A stretch of 64,000 bases of DNA from the human T2T-CHM13v2.0 reference genome, Homo sapiens: NCBI RefSeq assembly GCF_009914755.1, contig NC_060926.1. One strand, given 5' to 3'. Position numbers and translations under genes: made by a program. This document shows positions 15,130-35,390 of this stretch, piece by piece. The stretch's first letter is position 1. Every line of letters begins with the position of its first letter. Under the pieces are notes generated by a model. That model saw only the letters and a list, made by a program, of their open reading frames with translations. It ran no database searches and was not told where the DNA came from.

Positions 15130-16476
15130 TTTCTATGAATCGAGGAGTATTTTGACTTTCAAGTTTTGTGATTTAAGAATTACATTTAGTAAGGCTATAG
15201 GTGCCATACATAGTGAGTCCTCTGATGGATCTGGACAAAATAAATGGAAAATGTTTTGGAAAGGATTTACCATTCTAGTTGCCATTAAGAACATTCGTGA
15301 TTTATGGGAGGAGGTCAAAATATCAAAATTAATAGGGTTTGGAAGAAGTTGATTCCAACCCTCATGGATGACTCTGAGGGGTTCAGGACTTCAGTGGAGA
15401 AAGTAACTGCAGATGTGGTGCAAGTATTGAGAGAAGGAGAATTAGAAATGGAGCCTGAAGATGTGATGGAATTGCTGCAATCCTATGATAAAGCTTGAAT
15501 GGATGAGGAGTTGCAGATAAGCCACTTACAGGTAAGTAAGCAAAGAATATGGTTTCTTAAGCTGGAATCTACTCCTGGAAAAGATGCTGTGAACACTATT
15601 TAAATGACAACAAAGAAGTTCTCACTCATTTGTGGGAGCTAAAAAAACTGAACACATGGAGGTAAAGAGTGGAAAAATAGATAACAGAGATTGGGAAGGG
15701 TGAGTGGGGAGGATGGGCAGGATGAAGAGAAGTGGGTTAAAGGGTACAAATAAACGCAGTAAGACAGAAGAAATAAATTCAGTGTTTGATAGCAGAGTAG
15801 GATGACTATAGCTAATGAAAATTCATTGTACTCAGGTAATGGACACCTTAAATATCCTGACTTGATAACTATGCATTGTTTACATGTAACAAAATTTCTC
15901 GTGTACCCCATACATTTGTACAAATTAAAAAAAAAAAGACTCTCAAAGAAAAAAAAGAACGTGGAATGTCACATAAACTATATTACACAAACCTGCAAGG
16001 TTTGAGACAATTGACTCAAATTTTGAAAGAAGTTTTATTGTGGATAAAATGCTATCAAATGTCATTGCATGTTACCGATAAATATTTCGTGAAAGGAGAA
16101 GTGAATCAATGTGGCAAACTATATTGTCTTATTTTAGGAAATTGCTACAGCCATTCCAACCTTCAGCAGCCGCCATCTTGATCAGTCAGCAGCCATCAAC
16201 ATCAAGGCAAGAACCTCCTTCAGCAAAAAAGGTTATGACTCACTGAAGGCTCAGATTATCATTAGCATTTTTTAGCAAAGTATTTTAAAATTAAGGTGTG
16301 AACATTTTAAAAGACATAATGCTATTGCACTCTTAATAGATTACAGCAAAGTATAAACATACCTTTTTTTATTAACTGGGGAACCATACAATTAGTGTGA
16401 CTCACTTTATTATGATATTTGCTTTATTGCTGGGTGGTTTGGATGAAGCCTGTAATGTCTCTGAGGTATGCCGGTG
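15130..16476 (+). mobile_element. Tigger1 3' part (decayed transposase C-terminus and right TIR)
   Basis: [44 protein letters not shown]; ends CTGAGGTATGCCG. Confidence 0.9.
15617..15958 (+). mobile_element. L1 3'UTR fragment inside Tigger1
   Basis: TTCTCACTCATTTGTGGGAGCTAA through to poly-A. Confidence 0.85.
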
Positions 16477-16477
16477 T

Positions 16478-16579
16478 ACATATATATATGTGTGTGTGTA
16501 TATGTGTGTGTATATGTGTATGTGTATGTGTGTGTGTACATATATATGTGTGTATGTGTGTATATATATATATATATAT

Positions 16580-16582
<3 letters not shown>
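16478..16582. repeat. (TA)n/(TG)n microsatellite at the L1 tail
   Basis: Directly visible. Confidence 0.95.
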
Positions 16583-22769
<6,187 letters not shown>

Positions 22770-22801
22770 GTACATATATTTCAAAAATATAACTTACTTG
22801 C

Positions 22802-23401
<600 letters not shown>

Positions 23402-23405
23402 TCTC

Positions 23406-23408
<3 letters not shown>

Positions 23409-23454
<46 letters not shown>

Positions 23455-24515
23455 CTTAATAAGTTATATATATAACACATATAGAACTTATTAAGTTATA
23501 TAATAACTATGTATATAACTATATATAACTATTATATAACTTAATAAGATATATAACTATTATATAACTTAATAAGTTATATATAACTATTATATATAAC
23601 TTAATAAGTTATATATAACTATTATATATAACTTAATAAGTTATATATAACTATTATATATAACTTAATAAGTTATATATAACTATTATATATAACTTAA
23701 TAAGTTATATATAACTATTATATATAACTTAATAAGTTATATATAACTATTATATATAACTTAATAAGTTATATATAACTATTATATATAACTTAATAAG
23801 TTATATATAACTATTATATATAACTTAATAAGTTATATATAACTATTATATATAACTTAATAAGTTATATATAACTGTTATATATAACTTAATAAGTTAT
23901 ATATAACTGTTATATATAACTTAATAAGTTATATATAACTGTTATATATAACTTAATAAGTTATATATAACTGTTATATATAACTTAATAAGTTATATAT
24001 AACTGTTATATATAACTTATATATAACTTAATAAGTTATATATAACTATATATAACTTATATATAACTTAATAAGTTATATATAACTATATATAACTTAT
24101 ATATAACTTAATAAGTTATATATAACTATATATAATTATATATAACTTAATAAGTTATATATAACTATATATAACTTATATATAACTTAATAAGTTATAT
24201 ATAACTATTATATAACTTATTAAGTTATATATAACTATATATAACTTAATAAGTTATATATAACTATTATATAACTTAATAAGTTATATATAACTATTAT
24301 ATAACTTAATAAGTTATATATAACTATTATATAACTTAATAAGTTATATATAACTATTATATAACTTAATAAGTTATATATAACTATTATATAACTTAAT
24401 AAGTTATATATAACTATATATAACTTATATACAACTTATTAAGCTATATATATAGTTATTAAGTTATATATATATAACTATATATATAACTTAAGTTAAC
24501 TATATATATAACTTA
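23409..24515. repeat. AT-rich minisatellite, 32-bp core unit with internal palindrome
   Basis: TTAATAAGTTATATATAACTATTATATATAAC repeats (period 32, e.g. 23601 and 23633) with variant blocks. Confidence 0.95.
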
Positions 24516-24761
24516 TTTGCATGTTCATAGGTACAGGTCAATAAATACTTAAAATTTGTAAGAACTTTTAAAATATAAGAATTTTTTGTTACATATGTAT
24601 TGAAATTGTTTTAAAGATTTTTTCCTTTTATGGGAAAAACACTACATTGAGATACAAATTATGTGTTATATCTTAGAACCCAGTAGATACTTCTGCAGCA
24701 ACTTTCTAGTAACCTTTTAAAAAGAGATAAAATGCACATCTGGAAAGAAACATATAGATGC

Positions 24762-27700
24762 TGTGATGGTTAATACTGAGTGTCAACTTGATTGGATTGA
24801 AGGATACAAAGTATTGATCCTGGGTGTGTCTGTGAGGGTGTTGCCAAAGGAGAATAACATTTGAGTCAGTGGGCTGGGGGAGGCAGATCCATCCTTCATC
24901 TGGTGGGCACAATATAATCAGCTGCCAGGGAATATAAAGCAGGTAGAAAAACATGAAAAGGAGAGACTGGCATATCCTCCCAGTGTACATCTTTCTCCTG
25001 TGCTGGATGCCTCCTGCCCTTGAACATCGGACTCCAAGTTCTTCAGTTTTGGGACTCAGACAGGCTCTCCTTGCTCCTCAGCTTGCAGACAGCCTATTGT
25101 GGAAGCTTGTTATCTTGTAAGTTAATACTTAATAAACTCTCATATATATCCTATCATTTCTTTCCCTCTACAGAACCCTGACTAATACAGATTTTGGTAC
25201 CAGGAGTGGGGTCACAAACAGGAGAAGGCTCTGCAACAGGTCCAGGCTGCTGTGAAGCTGCTCTGCCACTTAGGCCATATGACCCAGCAAATCCAGTGGT
25301 GCTTGAGGTGTCAGTGGCAGACAGGGATGCTGTCTGGAGCCTTTGGTAGGCCTCCATAGGTGAGGCCTAGAGCAGAGGCCTCTAGGATTTTGGAGCAAGG
25401 CCCTGCCATCTTCTGCAGATAACTACTCTCCTTTTGAGAGACAGCTCTGGGCCTATTACTGGTCTTTGGTGGAAACTTGTTTGACTATGGATCATCAAAT
25501 CACCATGTGACCTGAACTACCTATCATTAACTGGGTGCTTTCTGACCCATCTAGCCATAAAGTGGGTCATGCACAGCAGCATTTCATCATCAAATGGAAG
25601 TGGTATATATGTGATTGGGCTCGAGCAGATCCTGAAGGCATAAGTAAGTTGCATGAGGAAGTGGCTCAAATGTCCATGGTCTCCACTCCTGCCACCATGC
25701 CTTTTCTCCCCTAGCCTGCACTGATGACCTCATGGAGCATTCCCTATGATGGTCAGAGGAAGTGAAGACTAGGGCATGGTTCACAGATGGCTCTGCATGA
25801 TATGCAGACACCACCCGAAAGTGGACAGCTGCAGTACTACAGCTCCTTTCTAGGACATCCCTGAAGGACAGGGGTGAAGGGAAATCTTCCCAGTTGGCAG
25901 AACTTTGAACAGTGCACCTGGTTGTGCACTTTGCATGGAAGGAGAAATGGCCAGATGTGCGATTATATACTGATTTGTGGGCTGTAGTCAATGGTTTGGC
26001 TGGATGGTCAGGGACTTGGAAGAAGCATGATTGGAAAATTGGTGACAGAAATTTAGGGAAGAGGTATGTGGATGGACCTCTTGGAGTGGTCAAAAGTGTG
26101 AAGATATCCCATGTGAGTGCTTTGTGAGTGCTCACCAATGGTGACCTCAGCAGAGGAGGATTTTAATAATCAAGTGGACAGGATGACCCATTCTGTGGAC
26201 ACCACTCAGCCTCTTTACCCAGCCATCCCTGTCATCACCCAATGGGCCCATGAACAAAGTGGCCATGGTGGCAGGGATGGAGGTTATGCTTGGGCTCAGC
26301 AACATGGACTTTCACTCACCAAGGCTGACCTGGCTACAGCCACTGCTGAGTGTCCAATTTGCCAGAAGAAGAGATCAACACTGAGCCCTTGATATGGCAC
26401 CATTGCTCGGGGAGATCAGCCAGCTACCTGGTGGCAGGTTGATTATATTGGACCTCTTCCATCATGAAAAGGGTAGAGGTTTGTCCTCACTGGAATAGAC
26501 ACTTACTCTGGATATGGGTTTGCCTATCCTGCATACAATGCTTCTGCCAAGACTACTAGCCGTGGACTCACGGACTGCCTTATCCACCGTCATGGTAGTC
26601 CACACTGCATTGCCTCTGACCAAGGCACTCACTTTATGGCTAAAGAAGGGCGGCAGTGGGCTCATGCTCATGGAATTCACCTGTCTTACCATGTTCCCCA
26701 TAATCCTGAAGCAGCTGGGTTGATAGAGTGGTGGTATGGCCTTTTGAAGTCACAATTAAAATGCCAACTAGGTGACAATACTTTGCAGGGCTGGGGCAAA
26801 GTTCTCCAGAAGGCCGTGTATGCTCTGAATCAGTGTCCAATATATGGTACTCTTTCTCCCGTAGCCAGGATTCATGGGTCCAGGAATCAAGGGGTGGAAG
26901 TGGAAGTGGCACCACTCACCATCACCCATAGTGATCCACTAGCAAAATTTTTCTTCCTGTTCTTGTGACATTACGTTCTGCTGGCCTAGAGGTCTTAGTT
27001 CCAGAGGGAGGAATGCTGCCAGCAGGAGACACAACAACGATTCCATTAAAGTGGAAGTTAAGATGGCTACCTCGACACTTTGGGCTCCTCCTACCTTTAA
27101 GTCAACAGGCTAAGAAGGGAGTTACAGTGTTAGCTGGGGTGATTGACCTGGACTATCAAGATGAAATCAGTCTACTACTCCACAACAGAGGTAAGGAAGA
27201 ATATGCATGGAATACAGGAGATCCATTAGGGCATCTCTTAGTATTACTATGCCCTGTGATTAAGGTCAATGGGAAACGACAACAGCCCAATCCAGGAAGG
27301 ACTACAATTGGCCCAAACCCCTCAGGAATGAAGGTTTGGGTCACTCCACCAGGAAAAAAACCACAACCCACTGAGGTGCTTGCTGAAGGCAAAGGGAATA
27401 CAGAATGGGTAGTAGAAGAAGGTAGTCATCAATACCAGCTATGACCACATGACCAGTTGCAGAAATGGGGACTGTAATTGTCATGAGTATTTCCTCCTTC
27501 TTTTGTTAAAAACACGTCTGTGCATGTATACACTTGTATTAAGAAAATATCTTTATTTTATTTCCTTTTTTTACCATGTGACAAAAGATTTATTGACTTG
27601 GTATCAGCATTTGTGTATTGTTAACTTTGTGTAATAGTATTTGGGTTGGGGATTGGTGCATTTCTGGTTGTACAAAGGATAATTGTATTATTTTAGATGT

Positions 27701-28459
27701 AATTATGACCTGACCTTATTATTGTCATTGATCTCAGGAGTTGCGTATGGGTTCAAGTTGACAAAGGGTGGACTTGTGATGGTTAATACTGAGTGTCAAC
27801 TTGATTGGATTGAAGGATACTAAGTATTGATCCTGGGTGTGTCTGTGAGGGTGTTGCCAAAAGAGATTAACATTTGAGTCAGTGGGCTGGGGAAAGCAGA
27901 TCCACCCTTAATCTGGTGGGCACAATCTAAACAGCTGCCAGTGAATATAAAGCAGGCAGAAAAGCGTGAAAAGGAGAGACTGGCCTAGCCTCCCAGCCTA
28001 CATCTTTCTCCCATGCTGGATGCCTCCTGCCTTTGAACATCAGACTCCAAGTTCTTCAGTTTTGGGACTTGGACTAGCTCTCCTTGTTCCTCAGCATGCA
28101 GACAGCCTATTGTAGGACCTTGTGATTAAGGTAATACTTAATAAACTCCTCTTTATATATATTTAAACATATATATAAATATATACATATAAAGGAGAGT
28201 TTTTTATATATGGGGGTTTTATATATATATGTAAAATATATATAATATAAATAAAAATATTTATAATATATAACTATAAATACTATATATAATAAAACAT
28301 ATGATTTATATATATTTATATAATGTAATAAATATATGATATAAATATAAAATAAATATAAATTTATATTATATATAAACATATACATTATATATAAATA
28401 TATAAATAAATATATGTATATATCCTATTTGTTCTGTCCCTCTAGAGAACCCTATTATA
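24762..28459 (+). mobile_element. HERV-L provirus (MLT2A LTRs), gag/protease/RT deleted
   Basis: 5' LTR 24762-25189; 3' LTR 27775-28459; TSD GATGC at 24757-61 and 28460-64; RNase H, integrase (HEQSGH...CPIC, IASDQGTHF) and dUTPase remnants. Confidence 0.96.
26965..27444 (+). pseudogene. HERV-L dUTPase-like open frame (159 codons, GTG start)
   Basis: RSAGLEV, FGLLLPLS, GVTVLAGVIDLDYQDEI; lies downstream of integrase, as in ERV-L. Confidence 0.85.
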
Positions 28460-28845
28460 GATGCCATTGAATATTGGTCCACAGTAATAAAACACATATT
28501 TGCTGTTAATTATCTAGTCCCAATTTCAGCCAGTCCTGTTAGAATTGGAGACTATTCCACTTGTAATTTTTATACCCTTTTCTCAGTTACACTTTCCTTC
28601 CACCTGTAGAGACTAGGGCTATGACATTTAAGTAAAAGGGGCTATTTTTAAAAATATGGTGTTTAGCCATCTGGGGTAATGTGAGTTATTGAATTGGGGC
28701 TACTCCAATCTTTTTTTTTAAAAACGTTATTAAAAATGTTAAAAAAATCAATGTTCCAATGTTAAAAAGAAAAGTTTATAAATTTTCCCCACACTCCTAC
28801 AATCCCAATCCCTGAATTAATTGATGTTAACACTTTAATATATAA

Positions 28846-29253
<408 letters not shown>

Positions 29254-29287
29254 GGGGCCATGTGTTTTTATAAAAATATCTACATGA

Positions 29288-29830
29288 GTCACTTAGGATG
29301 CATTCAGTTACAGGGAATAGAAAACTCAATTTAATTGGCTTCAACAAGCAAATGTGTTGGTTCATATAGCCAGAAACTTCAAAAGTTAAGACAAGTTTTG
29401 GTGTTAGTTTAATTTGGCAGCTCAGAAATTTCTTTAAGGACTGAATTTCTTTTCATATATCTTTTCTGGGATATCTGCTTCATCCCAAAGCTGGGTTCCT
29501 CCAGTGATCGAAACATGGCTACCAACAGTCTCCAGAAACACCTCTTCCAACCCGAGGAGTGAGCGTCTCCTCCCCAGCCACTGGGCAGAGTTCTAGGATT
29601 CCCTCTGATTGGACCATGTTGATCATGTGCCTTTCCTGGGGCTGGGGACTGTCCTACGTTGATTGGCTTAGATCTGGCTTATGCGCTGGTTCCTGAAATA
29701 AACACCGTGTCAAGAGTAGGATATACTTGCAGTTTAATTTAGCCAAACCTGGACCTATGCTGGAGCTGAGGATGGAGCAAATACCAGCAAAACTGCCTAA
29801 ATGTTCCCCAGTGCTGTGGGGGTGGAACGG
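29288..29830. mobile_element. Old MLT1-type MaLR LTR
   Basis: GGATGCATTCAGTTACAGGGAATAGAAAACTCAA terminus; diverged. Confidence 0.55.
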
Positions 29831-30124
29831 ACGCTGAGAAGCTCACCCTAATATCCAATTCACCATGGAAAAAAGACAGGAAGGATATACAGCAAAGTGC
29901 CCACGACAGTTATTTTCAAGTGGTGATATTATGGGGAATTTTTATTTTCTTTTTTACGCTTATCTGTATTTTACATTTTTGACAACAAGCATATATTACT
30001 TGAATAACTTCAAAGAGAAATGAAAGCTATAAATATGAAGAAAAGCTGGTATATAACACTAGCAAGTAATTAACAGCTTGAGGGATTTAAAGCAGACGTG
30101 TTGGCAAACAGGAAACATGAATTT

Positions 30125-30570
30125 TCAGAATGGTACCAACGGTGCCTTGCAGAAGCTTCCAACTGCCTTTCTCTTGCCCCTGTTAGGCAATTCCGTCGTT
30201 TCTACAGACTTAATCTGAGATCTCTGAAGGCTAGTCTGGCTTAAAACTACCAGTTTCAGCGGCTTGCAATTTTCTCTTATATTTGGGTGGGGAAGATTTT
30301 TCAGTTTTCCCTTAGAGACACTTTCCCTTGTGGGGCATGATAGTGTGTTCCTCGTTGCAGAAGGACCCCTGTATGCAGAAGTAGAGGCGCTGGCCTCAGG
30401 CTCCTCCACTTCCTCTTGGACAGAAGACGCTGAGCATTTTTTCAGGAAGTGGTCACCCCAGTGGTCCCCGGCTTTCTCAGACTTCCTGCAGCTCTCTACA
30501 CAGTGAATCACAGTGAGACACTGGCAGCAGGCACCACGGAAGGGACCCTCAAATCTGAAGGCTCAAGGTC
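30125..30570 (-). pseudogene. Candidate terminal pseudo-exon
   Basis: Acceptor CTTCATCTTTTCCCAG|GAC; DLEPSDLRVPSVVPAASVSL* then, in another frame, ORF 30125..30511; no homology recognised. Confidence 0.4.
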
Positions 30571-31074
30571 CTGGGAAAAGATGAAGTGGAGCATGCCTCT
30601 TGTTTCCTCCTATTAGATGCTGAGTGTTGGAAGTTCTTCCTAGGATTCACAAAGAAACTCCTGCTCTTCTTCCACATACTTTTTCCTGGGAAAGAAAACT
30701 TGTTTCACTGGCAGAAAAGATCCCCACTGTTAAAGTGAGGTAAGGATATCTCATGTCAGGGTAGGCATCTGCATTCTCACTTTGATTTCTGCTTGAAGCT
30801 GATTCTCAGCTCTGCACTTTGAGAAATTTGATTTTACCTGACCTATGCCCTTCTGGAATTTATTATGTTGTGATGGTAAGCAATAAACTGGCATTTTAGT
30901 GTCATGATGCGAGCTATACTTACCGGAAGGATGGAAATGCTCTAGGTTGAGCAGTCATGCTCTTTTTCTCTTCTCAGTAGGAAAACACAGTGTGGGGAAG
31001 GAAATGAGGCCAGAAGATGGATATTGGATGGTCTTAAGGAAGCATTTTGTTTCTCCTGGTTATGTCTCCACCCC

Positions 31075-31215
31075 ACCAGAATGTAAATTTCACAAGAGTA
31101 AGGACCTTGACTGTCTCATTCAGTATTGTATCCGCAGCATCTAGAACAGGCAGAGATACTCAGTGCACATGTAATGAACAAATGAATCAAAGGCTGCCTA
31201 GCTGGATGGATGAAT
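31075..31215 (+). mobile_element. L2 3' end (similar relics at about 33140-33275, 34805-34895 and 40700-41450)
   Basis: L2 tail motifs ending (TGAA)n. Confidence 0.65.
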
Positions 31216-31636
31216 CCTTATTTTTCAAGGGTCAGTGTCCTCTGGGAAGTCATCTCTAACCATTTTTATGGAAGTTAGATGCCCTCCTCTGAGTGTCTAC
31301 AAGTGCTGGGATTCTGCAGCAATTTTTTCATTTAATTATAGGCATTTTGGCATTTTGCACAGAGCCTGGCACATAGTATATAGGTGTTAAAATAATAATA
31401 CTGTGGAAGCCTCATAAATATCTCTCAGCATGTGAAAATACTTTAAAGTAGATCAGGATCTTACATTAACCAGAGCTCCTGTCCTGCTTCAGTGTTGGTG
31501 ATGCATTAGCAAGTTCTTACTCCCTGATTTTCATGGCTTCTAAGGGAAGAACCACCCTTCTATTTTCAGCTGTTATTACAATACCATCTATATTTGTTGA
31601 ACCCACAAAATGTGCTGAATGATTTTAGCGAATTAC

Positions 31637-31706
31637 GTTTCTGGGATCAAATTGGTCGTCTCCTGTTGTTGCATAAAGAGGCGACTTCATCTCATCAGCA
31701 AACCAT
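31637..31706 (-). pseudogene. Candidate 70-nt pseudo-exon, phase 2-0
   Basis: GACTTGCAG| ... AAC|GTAATT; open frame WFADEMKSPLYATTGDDQFDPRN; phase-compatible with both neighbours; no homology recognised. Confidence 0.45.
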
Positions 31707-32136
31707 CTGCAAGTCTTAGGGTAGGACATCTTATTTCTAGTGGGACCTCCTTGAAACAGTACATTCCTCTGGGGTTATGTGGCTTCTTACAGCTTTGGTC
31801 ACACAAACAGAAGCCCCCAATCTGGTCCCTACTCAGTTTTGGCCCCTCTCTTCTATTGTCTGTGGTCCTCTGTCCACAGACCACACTCCCTCTGACAGGT
31901 ATGCTTGCCTGACCAGACCACACTTCCTTGGGGTCCAGGTGGGGATTTGCATGGCACCACTCTGAACACACTGAAAGAGCAAATAGCTTCATGTGACCCA
32001 CAGGCTTGGATCATCCAGAAGTAATATTCATTGTTTTAAGACCAGTGATCCAAAGATCAAGACATAGACCAAGTGGCAAACAGATTTAAGATGAGGGCAG
32101 CCTAAAGTCTGAAAAAAAGCTAGATACTCAAGTTAC

Positions 32137-33041
32137 ATAAAATTGGCAATAACCAGAGAATGGTCATGTGGGCCTGATTCTTTGGCAGAGTTTGCCACAG
32201 CCGAGGATTTAATATTCTCTGTTAATTTATGTGGGCCTGAGCCCATGGATGTGGATGGCTTAAGTGGCCAAGGAAGTGGTGAAAAAGAAAATAGGATCTT
32301 CATAGTTCTATTGGAAAAGTCTTTGATAGAACAGTACTGAAGCAACTCTCACTAGACCAGAGTGACACAGTCTTGGATTTATTGAGTGCACATGATGAGC
32401 TTTAGGCATCCCAGTCATTGTTCCCTTATCTAAAGGCCATCCTCCTTTCCCAGGGCAGGGAAGGTGCATCTTATACCCATGTTGTCACTTAGATCTGTTC
32501 AGTTGTGTTGTTCACTGAGAATCCCTGTAATGACTGGTTATTCGTGCTGTGATTGGGTCCTTCTTAACCTGCATCCTGATGGCTTTAAAACCCCAAATGA
32601 CAAGTCACTGAGCCAAACCACAAAGTTGGCTAGAATCTAAATTTAGTTAACTGTGCCCTTCAAACACTTGTGTTTCCTTAAATTAAGTTCTTTGTTGGCT
32701 GATTCCCTTCTGCAGGCATCATTTATAAGTTTCCTTTTGTCAGATTTCCTGTCATTTCCTATCCACAGTGCCAGCCTCTTTGCACAGTTCTGGGTTTCTG
32801 GAGAGCCTCTTTACCTGCTTCTGTCTTCCTCAAAACAGCCTTATTAACCTTGTGGTGCCTTTGCTTTTTCCAGGAGGCTTTTCTTGCTAGCCTGTGTCTG
32901 TACTGACTAGGATTCATCCCAATATTCCTGCTCTGGCTTTTCATGCAAGAGAAGGAAGACTACTTTCCCCAAATCTTCTTGGTAAAAGGAAAAAGGAACT
33001 TGCTTTTCACTAATCCAAGGTTTGCAGTTTTCATACATTTC
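32137..33041 (-). pseudogene. Pseudo-exon(s): end of the MYBBP1A-like region (about aa 508-535), then an unrecognised K/E/S-rich tail
   Basis: TTGGAG|GAA, phase 0. EKQVPFSFYQEDLGKVVFLLL ~ ETKHPFSFPLENQAREAVSSAFFSLL; same frame continues with scattered stops. Donor TAT|GTAACT at 32131-36. Could be two exons (alternative acceptor 32259-60). Confidence 0.6.
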
Positions 33042-33671
33042 CTCCAATTCAAAAAAATAGGAAATTGATATGTTTTTGCCACCTCTCTCATAACCCATAC
33101 CAGTGTTCACTCCTGATCCATCCCCAAATCAATGAAATAAATTTTTTGAGGACAGAGGTCCTATCCCATTCATCTCTGCAGGTCCAGTGCTTAGTGTAGT
33201 TCCTGACACATGGCAGGTGCAAAATACATATTTATTGAGTGGAGGAATGGATAAATGCATGAGTGAATGTATAAATGGAGACATTGAGATGGGGCCATAT
33301 ATTGAAAAATTGTGATTGATTATAAGTTATTTGCTCATTCAAAAGTGGTTTAATGATAATATAGCTGGAGTTTTCAAAGTTAGTAATTTTCTTTGTCACT
33401 AATACTTAGAATGTAAGTTCTTTTGAAAAATACAAAATATAGTTACAAATAATGTTTTCAAAAATAGCCCTAATAACAGTAATATAATTTCTACTTGAAA
33501 ATAAGCTTATTAAAGTAAAAGAGAAATATAATGATGATTTAAAAAAATCACAAGGATAAGTACTGAGTTAGCTATTTTCTCTCTATGTATGATTCAAATT
33601 TGTATGCCGATTCTAAAAGGCAAATATAAATGCTAATGAAAGTAACCAAAAACATTAATAACTTGACTTAC

Positions 33672-33746
33672 GTGGACTTTGCTATGGAAAAATGAAAGTC
33701 CATTCAAATAGTAATAGAATTCGCTGTGATAGGTCGGCTTATAACT
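33672..33746 (-). pseudogene. Pseudo-exon, 75 nt, phase 0-0, open frame (about aa 485-507)
   Basis: TTTTTCTGGCAG| ... CAC|GTAAGT. SYKPTYHSEFYYYLNGLSFFHSKVH; LSFFHSK ~ HSFFVTK. Confidence 0.75.
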
Positions 33747-34422
33747 CTGCCAGAAAAACTTTATAAATATATCAGCTTCCAATAAGTGAGATAAATCAAT
33801 TAAACAGCAATTAAGTAAAAGTTCAAGTTAATAATCAATTATATGCTAAATAAAAGTTCTCAGAGCAGGCAAAAGGTTAAGTTATTCCATGGATTTTCAG
33901 TTTCAGATATTTAAAATCATACAGCTTTCAGATCTGGGCAGGCAACTCTGCATGGTGTGAACAAACACAATATGCATTATGCAGAGACGTCTAATAAAGA
34001 TAGAAGTATCTAACCAAGCAATACATATTACAAGCAGATTTCGAAATTGAGGGATTTCTTTTTCATCAGTGAAACAAATCACAGCATGTGTAAAAGGTTA
34101 GTAAAAATAGCTATGTGTAAATTGTGCTTTGATTTAGGGAAATAGAATTAAGCCTGGAAGAAAGTTCACACTAGTCTCCAATGCTAAGTCAGAGAGAGAA
34201 AATGAAAGAGCTTTGTGGAATCTGCCAAGACTCTTCGTGGATTTCAACTTTGCCAAGATTGTTCCGATAAAGCATCTGGTTTATGGCTAAGGAGAGGCGT
34301 GGCCTGCTGAGACAGAAAGATTGTGTCTTGCTGCGTTAGGATGAGGCCGCTATCTCAACTACGCTGTGAGGGAAAGCCATTTGACTATGGAGGATAGCCT
34401 ACCAGCACAACACAAAACTCAC

Positions 34423-34711
34423 CATCTTGGCTGCTCTGTGTTGTGTTACAAGCTCTAATAATCTAAAGGTCCTACATAGGCAAATTAACTTGTAAGTAGC
34501 TTAATAATTGCAGTAAGGCAACATTAAAATAGCTTCAGCATATTTTAGAAGTAAATGTTGGAAGATGAACTCAATAGAGACAAGGCAATTGACCAAAGAC
34601 AAAAGCCTTTCAGATGTTGGGAAATATTATTGGCAATGAATCATATGCTCAGCCACATATGGCTTGCTGTTTGCTCTTTGTAGTTTATTGACATCAATTG
34701 ACCTTTGACAT
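34423..34711 (-). pseudogene. Pseudo-exon, 289 nt, phase 2-0 (about aa 390-480)
   Basis: Very strong acceptor TCTTCCTCCTTTTCTCCTTGTCTCTCCAG| and donor ATG|GTGAGT; 96 codons with two stops. VNKLQRANSKPYVA ~ VRFLSPPALQGYVA; FRLLELV ~ FRLVSIV. Confidence 0.75.
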
Positions 34712-35162
34712 CTGGAGAGACAAGGAGAAAAGGAGGAAGACCATATGTTTACTGTATGCCAGGAAACTGTCACAGGTTTTGGATTGTATAAACTCCATGA
34801 CATCAGAGACTTGGTGCGTGTTGGTCAACCCCAGCACTTAAATCCATGCTGGGGACACATAGGTAGTTGGAATTCACCACTTGATTGAATAAATGTTCAT
34901 CTGTTGAGCTTGCTACTTTTGTTCCCTGGTTAGTTCTGTGCTTAGTTCCTTGGTTATTTCTGTGCCTGCAGAGAACTCCATCCATCCAAGTAGAATTGAT
35001 TGACTTTTAGCCAGTATATTATGATTTCTTATAAGTGCATTATTTAAATTTCTATTCGAATTCAAGAAATATGTTATTTGTTACATATGACACCATTATA
35101 GTTAATATTGAACAATCTTTTTCTGAAATCTTGGAATGACCCCTATGCTTTATTTCTCTTAT

Positions 35163-35167
35163 GTCTG

Positions 35168-35204
<37 letters not shown>

Positions 35205-35390
35205 GTATATATGTATATATACTCTCTATATTTTTTGGGAGACAATTTAGTCTGTATATATATAGAGAATATATCTATATATAGAGTATATATAGTAAAT
35301 GCTTGAGTATATATATTATATATAATAGCATATATATACTATATATATAGTAAATGCTTGATCACATATATGTATATATAAAGGATAGTA
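35163..35390. repeat. (CT)n/(TA)n tract with embedded templated snippets
   Basis: Directly visible. Confidence 0.9.

Noticed and set aside
23409-24515. 32-bp repeats as a CRISPR array
   Set aside because: No unique spacers and no cas genes; it is a human AT minisatellite.
30125-30511. 128-aa ORF as a stand-alone gene
   Set aside because: Non-ATG start and no recognisable domain; better read as a remnant terminal exon or chance.
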